Part shown: positions 37,534 to 50,266 of the stretch, one piece after another | Layout of the letters: each line of letters begins with the position of its first letter | How positions within the stretch are numbered: position 1 is the first letter of the stretch | Origin: Camelus dromedarius | Taxonomy: Eukaryota | Length of the DNA stretch: 64,000 nucleotides | Direction: 5' to 3' | Assembly (NCBI RefSeq): GCF_036321535.1 | Contig: NC_087445.1 | Coordinates: forward strand, 46,934,001 to 46,998,000 | The notes under the pieces: model-generated | Databases searched by the model: none | What the model was told of the DNA's origin: nothing | What the model saw: only the letters and a program-made list of their open reading frames with translations | Program-made: the position numbers and the translations under genes

Positions 37534-38254
37534 CCTCCATGATTGAGTGACAATCTGAAGTAACACAGAGCAAATGTTAGTCACATCAGAATATCTGTCT
37601 GGCGATGTTCTGTTTGGCAATGTCCATTACTTCTTGGAATCCACCACACTATGTTCTTCTTGGGTAAACTTCGGTAGTTTTGTTTGCTTCCCATTTGTGA
37701 GCACTACTCTCAGAAGGGCCACAACCCCACAACTAGCCTTTTCTCATACTATCAGCTGCTTGGCTCCTTGCATTATTCTAAACCTGATACTCACACCTAG
37801 CCCCCTCAAAATGGAAAATGCACAGTGCCTTTGCTCCATCCAGTGCCATATTCACTTTTTGTTTGTTTGTTTTGGTGAAGTTCTATCTTCCTTCTACTCC
37901 AGAGCTGTGTTGTTCTTGTGGAGTGAAATGGTGGCTCCATTGAAAACCAGACAAACTGATTCTGAATCTCTGTGATTTGGTCCTACTGCCAAAAATTTAG
38001 TAGTCATAATTTAGGTTTTCCAGGTAATAGACTCTAAGGGATTCAGCATATGAATTTTTGTGAGGCACAAACATTCAGTCCATAGCAGCTCTCATTGTGT
38101 AAAGCGGCCTTATCTCCTCCTCATGACTAGGATCAGTCCTGTGCCACTAGGATAGTGACTTCTTTCCTTGCTTGCTGGTCTCTTGGCATAAGAAGTCCAA
38201 CATGACTGCGAGATAGCCATAGCTTAAAGTTTAACAGATAGAATAGAAAATCCA

Positions 38255-38283
38255 GTGTTCACTTAGGCAGCACATATACAAAA
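38255..38283 (+). pseudogene. U6 snRNA retrocopy 5' end; remainder in N run
   Basis: GTGTTCACTTAGGCAGCACATATACAAAA matches 25 of the first 29 nt of U6 (GTGCTCGCTTCGGCAGCACATATACTAAA). Confidence 0.75.
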
Positions 38284-38491
38284 NNNNNNNNNNNNNNNNN
38301 NNNNNNNNNNNNNNNNNNNNNNNNNNNNNNNNNNNNNNNNNNNNNNNNNNNNNNNNNNNNNNNNNNNNNNNNNNNNNNNNNNNNNNNNNNNNNNNNNNNN
38401 NNNNNNNNNNNNNNNNNNNNNNNNNNNNNNNNNNNNNNNNNNNNNNNNNNNNNNNNNNNNNNNNNNNNNNNNNNNNNNNNNNNNNNNNNNN
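38284..38491. other. Masked run (208 N)
   Basis: Lies between the U6 5' end and L1 ORF2 sequence. Confidence 0.95.
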
Positions 38492-39690
38492 AAGGCAATC
38501 CAATGGAGGAAAAGATAGTCTTTATATCAAATGGTACTGAAACAGGTGGATATTCGTATGTAATAATGATCGAGACCCTTACCTCATGCCATACAAAAAA
38601 ATTAACTCAAAACGGATCACAGATCTAAATGTAAAACCTAAAATCATACAACTTCTGGAAGAAAACATAGGGGGAAATCTTTGTGACCTTGGATTAAGTA
38701 AAGATTTCTTAAATAAGATACCAAATTTTAGATTATGATAAATTGTACTACAAAATTAAAAACTTTAATTTTCAAATGACACTGTAAGAGTGAAAAGACA
38801 AAAAAGAGTGAAAATATTTGCAAATTATATATGTGATAAAGGTCTTGTATCCAGGTTACATAAAGAACTCTTACATGTGACTCCATGATTAAAAAGACAG
38901 CCCAATTAAAATATCTACACCAAAAAGGTATGTCAATGGCTCAAAAGCACATGAAAAGATTCTCAATATTGGCATCCATCAGGAAGTGCAAATTAAAACT
39001 ACAGTGGCATACTACTGCACATCCACTAGAAAACTACATTGAAAAAGACTAATAAGAAAAGACTAATAACACCAAATGTTGGCGAAGATGTGCAGAAACT
39101 GAAGTATACATTGCTTCTGGGAATTTAAAATGATATAGCTTCTTTGGAAAAACAGTTTAGCAGTTTCTTAGAGCTGAGCACATTTGTACTATATGACCCA
39201 CCAATTCCACAGAAAGTTGAATACTAAATGTTCACAGCAACATTGGTCATAATAGCCAAAAACTGGGAGCAATCCAAATGTCCATCAATGGGTGAATAGA
39301 TAAACACACTGTGGTACAACCATACAATGGAATACTGTTCTGTAATAAAAAGGAACAGACTACTGATGCATTTTACAACTGGACAGGCCTCTAAAACATG
39401 CTAAGTAAAAAATGCCAGCCACAAAAGATTACGTATTGTATGGTTCCGTTCATCTGAAGTTTCTAGAAAAGGTAAATCCTTTTAGAAATAAACAAATTAG
39501 TAGTTACCTGCAGCTGGAGATTGAAAATGTGCATGAGAGGACTTTCTGAAATGATATGTAAATGTTCTAAAATTGATTTAGTGATAACTGCACAGCTGGA
39601 TTATATTTATCATAAATCATTGAGCTATACCTTACAATGGGTAAATTTTATGGTACGTAAGTTATACCTCAATAGAGTACTAAAAGTATT
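38492..39690 (+). mobile_element. L1 (L1MB/MC-type) ORF2 3' part and 3'UTR
   Basis: CCATACAAAAAAATTAACTCAAAA, CTTCTGGAAGAAAACATAGG, CCAAATGTCCATCAATGGGTGAA, TAAGTTATACCTCAATA. Confidence 0.85.
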
Positions 39691-39799
39691 TAATGAGACT
39701 TTCTCTGTCCACTAGTGGAAGCAACTCTCCTTTGGGAACTAGGACCCTAAGAGCTGAAAAGCCTAGAGCTGCAGAAATGCAAAATGCAAATTCTCAAGC

Positions 39800-42400
39800 A
39801 GGTTACTGGAAGTGACATAACCAGGGCTACTCTTGCTACTACCCTTGATTCCTAGGCCGTATATTTTTGCCTATTGGAGACACAGTAGCATAAAACAGTC
39901 ATTGGTTTAGGGTATATACTGTATTCTGGAGGCTGATGCCCCATTCTTGCAGAGTGTTATCTCCAAGCTGGTGCCTTAGCTATGCTTTCAAAGGGTCATT
40001 CTGTCATTCTCTTGGGCCAGTCTCTTATGGATGCTGCAGTATATGGAAGGATCAGTGGATCCCATAGTTGTGATCCCACAGCAACATCTGCTTTGATAAA
40101 TGAGTCCCTTGGTCTGATGAGATATTATGCAGGATCCCATGTCATTAAATCTAGTCCTTCATAAGCTTTCAGGTGATGATGTTTGCTAATGCCCTACAGA
40201 GACTGAAGATGATTTATACTCAGAAAAGGTGTTGATTTTAGTCATGGTGAATCGCTGTCCCTCTCAGAATAAAAACAGTCTAATGCAGTCAACTCACCAC
40301 CAAGTGGCTGATTAGTCTCTTCAAATGAAAGTTGGTCTCTGTTGCTACCATTTAAACATCAGCTGATAGCTGTTTAGCTCATAGATAACCTTCTTAGATG
40401 ATGGCTACTCCCTTCTTTGTACCAATGATAGAGGTTGGATAACATCAACTCCCTGAGTCATTTAATTCGGTTGTTGAGCCTAGTGGGGAATATGGAGACT
40501 TTAAAGATGCTTCTGGCACATGGACATTTAAGGAGATGAAAGAAACCAGGCTCAGCTTCAAATATGGACATTCTGCTGTGATACAGAGCATTGCTGTGTT
40601 CCCTCTTCAAGAGACTGTCCTGCTAGAGAAAGGAACTATAGAGCCAGGGAAATTCACAGGTGGGGGTCACCTAAGATATTTTGAACTCCCTCTTCATTGT
40701 GTGGATGGATATACCTGAGATTCTCCAAGAGCAGAGGACACACTCATGGTCACCCAGCTCTATGTGGGAGAGTAGGGATTTGAACTTAGGCTTCCTGTAT
40801 CACATCAATCCCTGGACATGTTCCAAATTTACAGGTGATAGAATCCACAGAGGGAAAAGCCACTGTAGCAGGAAAGGGTAATTGACTACAAGAAGCACTA
40901 TATATTGAGTTCGTAAGACTTCTGCTGTGTATGATAGCCGGACAATCTGTTTGAACATGGCACATGAAAGAGAATATTTATTTTATGCAAGTAAGTAATC
41001 AGATTAGATGTGACTTGTTGCCCCCTTAAAGAAAGTAATTTAATCTAGATTAGTGAAAAATAGACCCTGTATAAGGATATAGAGGTGTCTTTTGGAAGCA
41101 AAAGTACAGGAATGTGGCCAGCTTTAGGAAAAAATGGAAACCAAGAACTGAGAACATACGAGGATGCCCTCTTCTGTCGTTACTCTTTGGCTGTTCTTTT
41201 TTTTTTTTTTTTTTCTGTTTGAAGACCTGATTTCTCTTTAACACTCTCTGCCAAAATAAAGTTTATTCCCTTTAAGTTTATATATAAAATCTGTGTAAAT
41301 CTATAGATATGGTTATAATGTACAGTTAATTCCCCAGTGCATATGGTCAAACATGATTACCCCATAGCTTCTGAGTTTGCATGTTATGGATCCAGTGACT
41401 CCTTGGGCATTAATGACAATCCTAAAACCTGGCAGAAAGGATCTGATTTGTCTAGGTAGGGTCAGTGTCATACAGTACAGATACGAGTCCCTCATCAGTG
41501 TGGATAAGGAAGAGGGATGACTGGGGAAAATGCCCAGAGAAATGAGATTGTGGGCTCATAGGCTAGAAAGTCAACCAAAAAGGTGCTGCAATAATAAATT
41601 GGAATTGATTCAGTTAAGTATGATATTGAACACTGTCTTCAAGTGTCATAAGGCTTCCACAGAGGGGTTATTTAACATATTTAACTAACAATAAAAATAT
41701 TCATTTATTAACTGAGAGGTTATTCTTTGCTAGCCACTGTTTATTTATATATATATAATATTTATATGCATGCCTCATTTTAATTTAATCCCCATAACAA
41801 CTCAGTGGGGTTGGTTTAATTACCTCTGTTTTACAAATTAGAAAACGAAGAGTCTGCAAGATAAAGTAATTTTTGTAATGTGCCTGAAGTTACACAGACA
41901 AGAGACACCTCCATGTCAGTCTGGCTCCACAGTCTGTGCTCTTAACTACAAGGGTAATTACAAGTAGATTTTTAGCAACTGGTGCCAGTGTCCAAACCAA
42001 ATCCTGAAGAGACACAGGGAACTGAGTTTGACCATTGTGGTCTGGATGGTTACAAACATTAATTCCTGGGAAAGGAAGGGACTCAGATTATAAGCTTAGC
42101 ATTGTATTAATGATTAAATGGATACTGCTAGAAATTTTATTCATAGCCTACAGTATCTGGAGTTTGATTGGTGTTGATACAACTCCTCTGCAAATTTGGG
42201 TAAGGATGGATGTGCTCTCTATACAGTAGAGAAGAAGGAGTTTCCCCCAAATTGGCTCTAGGATCTATATCTAGGATATAAAATTGGCTTAAAGAAACAC
42301 TGAGCCCCTACAATGAAAAGGGGGTTAAATGATGTCATTTGGGATGTCTTGGTGTTGTTAATTTTCCAGAATGGCAGATTGGGTTTTGGTTTGGACACCA
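39800..42400. mobile_element. ERVL/MaLR internal fragments (~39800-40470, 41330-41660, 41970-42400) with MIR insertions
   Basis: Degenerate motifs such as CACCACCAAGTGGCTG and ATGGTCAAAC...GCTTCTGAG recall MLT-int/ERVL-int. No long ORFs. Confidence 0.45.
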
Positions 42401-42807
42401 GTTAAGAAGTGATTTTTCCTCACTGCCATGCTCCCCACTGCACAGTGAGCAGAAAACATGATTGTACACAAAAGCTGCAGCTAGTCTGCATGTGAACAAA
42501 GAGAACATACCTTTTTTTTTTTTACAAAGTTTTAATTTTTGTTTATTTTTTCAGAATAAAAATAAATTTTAATAGCCACTTATCCTTGATTCTGGGTGAT
42601 TTAGCATAAGTCCCTCTTCATTCTAAAGACTTGATGTTCCATTTTCAATTTCTCAGGAAAACCCCATCCCAGTGTGCATCGCTGAGGCAGTTTTGTCGTG
42701 AAACTGAAGTGTGGGACCATGGAGCAAGTCTGTGCTCACCAGGTGGTCATTTCCTGGGGAATCCCCTGTGTGCACAGAACTACAAGATACACTGCCTTCT
42801 CCCACTA

Positions 42808-43761
42808 TCACTGGGGAAAGCATTTCTGATTCATGAGATTCTTTACAGCAGCCTTCACATCCTTGTTTCTGAGGCTGTAGATGATGGGGTTAAGCATGGG
42901 AGTCAGCACCCCATAGAAGAGGGAAGTGAGCTTGTCTGAAACAGCCTGTTTGTCTGCCCCTAGGGGGTCCTTTGATTTGGGCTTTGCATACATGAAAAGA
43001 ATAGTCCCATAGAAGATGACCATCACAGTAAGATGTGCAGAGCAGGTAGAGGCCTTTTTCCTCCCCTCAGCTGAGGGGATCCTCAGGATGGTGGTGAGGA
43101 TGAAGATGTAGGAGACCAAGATGAACAGCACGGGGACCCCCAGAAAGATCACATTGGCCACCCCCATACTGATCACATTGGTGGAGATGTCAGCACAGGC
43201 CAACGTCAGGACAGCCAGGATCTCACAGGTGAAGTGGTTGATGACGTGGTCCCCACAGAAGGGTAACTGTACTGCAAGAGAGATCTGTACCAAGGAGTTG
43301 ACTCCACCAGCCAGCCAGGAGCCGGCAGCCATGGGCACGTAGGCAGCCTTGCTCATGACCACGGGGTACCTCAGGGGGTTGCAGATGGCCACATAGCGGT
43401 CAAACGCCATCATGCCCAGAAGCACACACTCCGTGGCTCCCATGGCAAAGGAGAGGAACATCTGCACAGCACAGCCTGAGAAGGAGATGGTTTTCCTGGG
43501 TGTGAGGAAGCCATCCAGGACCAGAGGGACCGAGGAGGTTGTATAGCAGATGTCGAGGAAGGAGAGGTTCCCCAGGAAGAAGTACATGGGCGTGTGCAGG
43601 CGGGAGTCGGACACGGTCACCAGGACGAGGACCCCATTGCCCAGCAGGATCGTCAGGTACATCAGCAGGATGAGCACAAAGAATGTTTTCTCCAGCCTTG
43701 GGTGGTCTGGCAGCCCCAGCAAGACAAAGCCTGCCACAACAGACTGGTTAGCCACTTCTAT
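42808..43761 (-). pseudogene. Olfactory receptor locus 4, OR13C7-like; start codon lost (ATA) and F deleted from KAFSTC
   Basis: ATA GAA GTG GCT AAC CAG aligns with locus 5 ATG GAA GTA TCC AAC CAG. The ORF track starts it at GTG 43755. GRKKASTC replaces GRKKAFSTC. Confidence 0.8.
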
Positions 43762-46144
43762 TTTAAATTCTCTCTTTCACCCTAAGGAAAACTGAGGACA
43801 GCAAACACATATTTATAGGGATCACTTTGTGAGGATTACAATGAGATGCTTCTGGAACTTATAATTAAATTTACCCTTTGACATGCTAACTTGTAATATC
43901 AGCATCTAAGGGATAAAATTCACTGTCCACTGAAGTTACCTTAAAAGTCAGAATATATCAAATCAAAAGCAGGAAAAGCAGACACCAGAAATCAGATCAA
44001 ACCACGATTTATAATAGAATTTAGCCAGATCAGTAATGTTAATGCACTTGATGGAAGAGATGTGTAAGGATGGGTCTATGGGAACCATAAAAGAGGAACC
44101 GTGAGGGTGTGCTGCCTGGGTCCACCACTGACTGGCCCCCTGGCCAGCCCTGCCTGTCCCCAAATTGACCCTGCAGTGTCCTTGGAGGCTTTGGGCTGTC
44201 ATACTCAGTGATGCTGAGCGTTGACACCAGCTCACTCACTCCCCTGGCTCTAATTCTGTGCTGTATAATAATTTTCTAATGATAATTTGGCCCCACCTGG
44301 AGTCGTACATGGAGAGAATATGATGAGCAGAGGCCAGGAAGATTAGATTCTGCCTAGCATTTACATTTGTTACTTGATGCCTGGTTTATACTTCATTTCT
44401 TGTGAGTTTGGTCAGCGATCCTCCTTCGCTGCCCTGTCAATAAAGAGTTTCTGGCCAATAGACCCTACAGACCCTAACAGTCCACATCCCCTCTCTCTAA
44501 CCATGGCCTTTGTCCATAGCACTGCAGTTTCCTCAGTCTGCTCCAGCCTGTGGGGCTGGGGAGCAGGGATAGAATCCATGGACAAGTGTCCCCCGTGCCT
44601 CCCAGTATGAGCATCTATAACTTTTGGACCAAGCTCCATGCTTTGGGAGCTGTTTTGTAAGTCACAGCTCCTAACTCAGACCCTTTTATATTTGAGTTGA
44701 CCATTAAAGTCACTGCAATGCCACAGTACTCCTTTCTCCCCTACAAAAAAAAAAAAAAAAAAAAAGACAATTCTACCCAGCCTTGCAGAGAGTTGCTCAA
44801 AGGAGGGATGGACGTGGGATGTACTTCAGTCACTGTGGAACAGTACATGAGTCTTCAATTCTCATATTAAGGATGAAAGGAAAGCTCAGAGAGGTCCCCA
44901 GGCAGCGAGGATAGGGCGAGGACGGAGCCTGCTTCCTCATCTTCTCCCTGGGGCTCCTTCCCTCACCACTCTGATTGTAATTTTGCTCCTCCATTTGTGC
45001 CAGAGCAGATCTACTGAGGAGCAAAGGACTGATTATGAAGTCTTAGTCATCCACGTTTTCCCTAGGACACTCATGAAAAATAGAAGTGTCACACTTTTCT
45101 CCAAGAGATTGCCTTGTTGTAGGGCTTGGATGAGTGGGGATGTCCCTGGGCTTCACTCATTGTATCCATGATTATAACACTGGTGCTGGTTGGGGGAATT
45201 TGGGTGGGAGAAACCGGGAGGAGTCTGAGGGTATCCTCATGCAATAATCAGAGGCAATTAACTGTAGGTGCTGAGAATATATGTTATTAGAGATATTAGT
45301 ACTGTTGACTAGAGAACCTTAGACTTGGCAGGAATGCTGTAAAATAACTAGTCTTGCCTCTTTCACCTCCATTCTGTGAGCACCTTCTGTGAAACAGTTT
45401 TCCCATTGCTACTTTGAATGCCTTGAGTTATGTGCGTGCAAGACTCCCATCCTTTGTCCAACAGTCTGGATTGTTGGAAAGCTTTCCCTTACATTGAGCA
45501 GAAACTTCATTTTTCCAATGTCACCCCTACTCCTAACCACCCCCCACCCCCACCCCGACACTGGTCTAGACTTCCAGGCCATGCCTGCTCCCTTCCCCTA
45601 TAAAAGTCCTTCAGAAACATGGAAACTGTGACCAGGCCCCCACTCGCCAACCATCTTTTCTCGGCTCCCCACGTACCTGAGGAAAGTTTGGCCACAGAGA
45701 GATCTTGGTCTGTGTCCAGTGTGGGGATAAGGCCGTGGTGGGGACGGGAGCTGACCTGGGAAGAATGTCTCATGGCAGGACTGCTCAAACCGTCCACCTT
45801 GACTATCCCCTGTCTAGCCCTACCTGTCGAGGCTGTGCCTGGAAGCATGCAGTAAATTCTGCTTAGCTGTCTTGGAGCTGAGCAGTCTCTTCAGATTTCA
45901 CAGCAAGGTAAAAAAAAATGTAGGGTTGGCCATAGCTGAAGGGGCTCTACTGCTCCTTTTCCTGGCCTTCTCCATGCCCAGCGAGTTAACAGGAGGGAAG
46001 ACCACTCAGGGAGCTGCCTCCCGGGGGTCCTGCAGTCCTGCTCAGCCTGTGCGCCCAGGGCAGACACCTTCTGCTCTTCGCCCCTTGCCCTCTCGCCAGA
46101 GGTTCTGTCAAAGAGCCATGGAGCAATTTAGAGCTCTGCTTGTT

Positions 46145-46231
46145 TGGGGCCAGTTTTAATCCCAGAAGCAATTTAAAGTTTGGTGGAGGCCTCTCAGGAG
46201 TTTAGGGCCTGTGTCCCATAAACCCAATTAG
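46145..46231 (-). promoter_or_regulatory. OR37 promoter module upstream of locus 4
   Basis: TGGGGCCAGTTTTAATCCCAGAAGCAATTTAAAGTTTGG...CCCATAAACCCAATTAG, ~2.4 kb 5' of the lost start. Confidence 0.8.
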
Positions 46232-47569
46232 GTAAGTTTAGACAGCTCCATGTAAATCTTAACTCGCTACCAAGAACTGTTCCTTAGATTAGAAAGTTTC
46301 TGTCCTGTCCTTGCCGACTTTCCTGGGAGTAGAGGAGGTAACTGAGGTCTGACTGCTTTGACCACAGTGGTGTCTGTGAGAGGGGGCTCTGCACTTGTCT
46401 TTCCAAGGCTAAGTGGTAAAACAAGAGGTGGAAGGCTTGCCTTGGCCCTGACCGACACACTGGCTGTCTCCATGCTCCAGAGCAGCTGGCCCTCCCTGCA
46501 GTCAGCCCCTCAGCATCGTCCAGAGCTGACCAGGTATGGCACTTGCCCTCAAAAACAGGAAGCAAGAGACATGTACCAAGGGCCAGTGCCGAGCACTTGA
46601 AAGAGAGCAGAAATGACAAGGATGGGGCCTCTGATCTCTAGGTAGATTCTGGTGACAGCTGCAGTCTGCAAGATGATTGCCAAATGCCCCTGAGGTGTAC
46701 GGGAGCCCAGAAGCAGGGCAGAGTCAGAGGAGGGAGGGTGGAGCAGATTGGATCCCAACTGGGAAGTAACTGACAGACACACAGAACAAAGATGACAGCT
46801 TGAAGCAGAGGGCCTGAGGGCAGAAGAGAGCTCTGGTGTTGGTAAGACAGCGGCAGGGTCATGCCTTAGACAGAGGCAGCTCTAGAGTCACAGGCCAGGC
46901 AGGTAGCTAGCATCTGGTTAGCTGGAGATCTTTGGTGGTGAGGAACAGAGAATCTTTGAAGTAATCTCAGCTGGGGCCAGGGAGGTGAGAGTCAGGTAGG
47001 ATGGAACATGGCTACAGGCACTCAGCAGGGCCTCAGGATGGGGAGTTTCTCTTAGAAGTAGATCAGGGGGAAGGCTGAGAGGGGGTGAGGAGCTCTGGAT
47101 CGAAGCCTAATCTGTATCAGAAGCAACTGATAAAGCCTGGTCTTCAAGAGAAGTAGGATGACTTGCTAATAAAAAGACCTGGGTACTAATTCTTCCTTGG
47201 GAGGAAGAAAATGGGAGTTGTTAGAGTTCTCTGTGTACCCTTGTCATCCGTGCAGACGCCATGGTCCACTTTACCGCAGGTGAAATGCACAGAGTTCTCA
47301 TAGAGTGTGGGTTCAGCCCCCTCCCCCGGTGCTTTTGTCATTTTCATAAAGACTGAGGAAAAGAAGCCCTGTAAATACAAATGAAGATCCATATATGGAA
47401 GTGAGAAGTAAAGGGATTTATTTTAGCAAGTCATTTTTAGGGGTTGGCTTTTTTCTTTGAACAAAAGGAATTTGCAGAGTTCCTTTTCTTGGGAGTCAGG
47501 GTTCAAGAAACACCTGAGAAGGACACTCTGAGAACACACACCGGGTTCATGCATCAATACTGAGACTGG

Positions 47570-48011
47570 CCATTACTCTCTGTCCCAGGGTTTCCCTGAA
47601 AGTTGACTCCAGTGGGGAGATTTTCATGCAGGATGTTGATGGGGGAGTGCTCTTAAGATCAACACCTGTGGAGTAGGGGTGAAGGAAGCAGGACTGGGCA
47701 GAGGGAGAACTCAGACTATCATGAGGAACCTCTCAAGCTAGAATGGCTCTTTAGAGTCATCCCCATTGGAAGCAAGGAGGACCAGGACTTTATATTGACA
47801 TTGACTCATCATTGGGTGTTGGATATGCACTGCCTCTGAGAAAGGAATGTGACTTTTGGTGAGGTAACTCTCTTGGGCCAAGGGCAAGCCATCAGAGGGA
47901 CTCAACTGACTGCTGTCAGCCACCAACATTCCCAGCAGCTGGCATTATGAGAGCTTCATCCCTAGGTGGGTGGAGGTAGGTTTGGACAGGACACCACTGC
48001 ATCCACTACTC
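47570..48011 (-). mobile_element. LTR16/LTR33-type ERVL solo LTR
   Basis: GATCAACACCTGTGG...GAAGGAAGCAGGACTGGGCAGAGGGAGAA...GAGGGACTCAACTG...CATCCACTAC. Confidence 0.65.
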
Positions 48012-48018
48012 ACTCTTA

Positions 48019-48190
48019 ACCAGTACTTCTCAATGTGTAACATGCATGTGAATCACCTAAGGGTCTTGTTAAAATGTAGATTCTAACTCGGTAGGTCTGG
48101 AATGGGCCCCAGGAGTCTACATGCCCCAAAATCTCCCAGGTGATGCTGATACTGCTGGTCCACGGACCATACTGTGAGTAGCATGGCTCT
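48019..48190. mobile_element. MER5A
   Basis: CAGTACTTCTCAATGTG...GAATCACCT...CTCCCAGGTGATGCTGATACTGCTGGTCCACGGACCATAC. Confidence 0.8.
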
Positions 48191-48286
48191 AAACTCAATT
48201 TCCCCCTCACCTGGCATTACTTTTTATTGAGATTCTCAAGTGAGGGTCATCAGAGTGTGGATCATATCATGGGACATATCCCACCA

Positions 48287-49243
48287 TCACTGGGTGAGGC
48301 GTTTCTGAACCACCAGTTTTCTCACAGCAGCCTTAACATCCTTGTTTCTCAGACTATAGATGATAGGGTTGAGCATGGGGGTCAGAAGTCCATAGAAGAG
48401 GGAGATAAGTTTGTCTAAAACATCCTGTTTGTCTGCCCCTAAGGGATCTTTGGATTTGGGCTTCCCATACATGAAGAGGATGGTCCCATAGAAAATGACC
48501 ACCACAGTCAGGTGAGCAGAGCAGGTGGAGAAGGCCTTTTTCCTCCCCTCAGCTGAGGGGATCCTCAGGATGGTGGTGAGGATGAAGATGTAGGAGACCA
48601 AGATGAACAGCACAGGGATCCCCAGAAAGATCACATTGGCCACACTCATACTGATCACATTGGTGGAGATGTCAGCACATGCCAACGTCAGGACAGCCAG
48701 GATCTCACAGGTGAAGTGGTTGATGACGTGGTCCCCACAGAAGGGTAACTGTACTGCAAGAGAGATCTGTACCAAGGAGTTGACTCCACCAGCCAGCCAG
48801 GAGCCGGCAGCCATGGGCACGTAGGCAGCCTTGCTCATGACCACGGGGTACCTCAGGGGGTTGCAGATGGCCACATAGCGGTCAAACGCCATCATGCCCA
48901 GAAGCACACACTCCGTGGCTCCCATGGCAAAGGAGAGGAACATCTGCACAGCACAGCCTGAGAAGGAGATGGTTTTCCTGGGTGTGAGGAAGCCATCCAG
49001 GACCAGAGGGACCGAGGAGGTTGTATAGCAGATGTCGAGGAAGGAGAGGTTCCCCAGGAAGAAGTACATGGGCGTGTGCAGGCAGGAGTCGGACACGGTC
49101 ACCAGGACGAGGACCCCGTTGCCCAGCAGGATCGTCAGGTACATCAGCAGGATGAGCACAAAGAATGTTTTCTCCAGCCTTGGGTGGTCTGAGAGGCCAA
49201 ACAAGACAAATTCTGTCACAGCAGACTGGTTGGATACTTCCAT
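48287..49243 (-). CDS. Olfactory receptor locus 5, OR13C7-like (OR37 subfamily), 318 aa, intact
   Basis: Fully sequenced ORF with all canonical motifs (NQS glycosite, [41 protein letters not shown]) and ECL3 [19 protein letters not shown]. Confidence 0.93.
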   Translation of the reverse strand: MEVSNQSAVTEFVLFGLSDHPRLEKTFFVLILLMYLTILLGNGVLVLVTVSDSCLHTPMYFFLGNLSFLDICYTTSSVPLVLDGFLTPRKTISFSGCAVQMFLSFAMGATECVLLGMMAFDRYVAICNPLRYPVVMSKAAYVPMAAGSWLAGGVNSLVQISLAVQLPFCGDHVINHFTCEILAVLTLACADISTNVISMSVANVIFLGIPVLFILVSYIFILTTILRIPSAEGRKKAFSTCSAHLTVVVIFYGTILFMYGKPKSKDPLGADKQDVLDKLISLFYGLLTPMLNPIIYSLRNKDVKAAVRKLVVQKRLTQ

Positions 49244-50266
49244 TTCAAGCTCTCTCTCTCATCTTTGGGAATCCTGAAGGCAGAAAATATGTTTGATTTA
49301 AAAAAAAAAAAAAGTTTGATTTTTTGATGGCTTGCTTAGATCAATACATGAGAATCACAGTACATATGATGTCCCTAAATTTAAACTTACCCTATGGGAT
49401 TCAATTTTAAAATCAAGTTATCAAAAGCCAAGCTGTGTATCAGCCAAAAATTTGAAGGGCAGACCCTGGAAATCTAATGAAACATAATAAAATGAAGGAC
49501 ATTTCTGTGTACTGAATGATACTAATATACCTAAAACAAATTCCTGTATCTACATATGTTGTGTATCTCCAGCACTCACCAGGGGAGCAGGAGCTTCTGA
49601 ATAACTGTCTTTCTCATGTAATTTGGGACCTCAGGCTATCACAGCTCAGTGACCCTGGTCATTAAGGTCACATGGCTCATTCTTCTGGATCTTATTCCTC
49701 TTTACATAGCAAGTTTCTATTATAATTCAACTTCCCAGATAGTCTTAGAGGGAGAGATGTGCTGGCTTGAAAACAAAGTTTTTTAAATCTCTTAAACAGC
49801 TCTATTTCTTATACAGTATCCGGTTTATACTTCAGTGTTTTGTGAGTATAACTAGTGTGAATCAGTTCATCTGATCTTGACCTTCTTCTTTGAATTATCT
49901 GACCAAATTGAATTTCTGGAGCCTGGAACATGGAGTATCCTACTAAAGTTTCCAGAAATCTGATCTGCAGAGTGGGCCTTGTGTTGCCCCCTGTAATCAT
50001 ACCTGACCTGTCTACAGCTCTGCTGCTTGGCCCAAGGAATAAAATCTTACCTGATAGTCAGAGCCCACTCATAATTCACATTCCCAGGCTGGGTTGAGTG
50101 GGGCCTTGGGTCACAAGCCATCCAGTACCATTTAGATGCTTTGCAGACATCATCACATGTAACTCTACTCAGCCTCCCAGGATATCCAAAGCCACACTGT
50201 AGATCATCACAACTTCACTGCCAAAGAGATTAAGAACCAGATGTCACCATGGACTGCCCAAAACAG

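Noticed and set aside
38255-38283. Functional U6 gene
   Set aside because: Four substitutions in 29 nt of an almost invariant RNA, no recognisable PSE/TATA upstream, and adjacency to L1.
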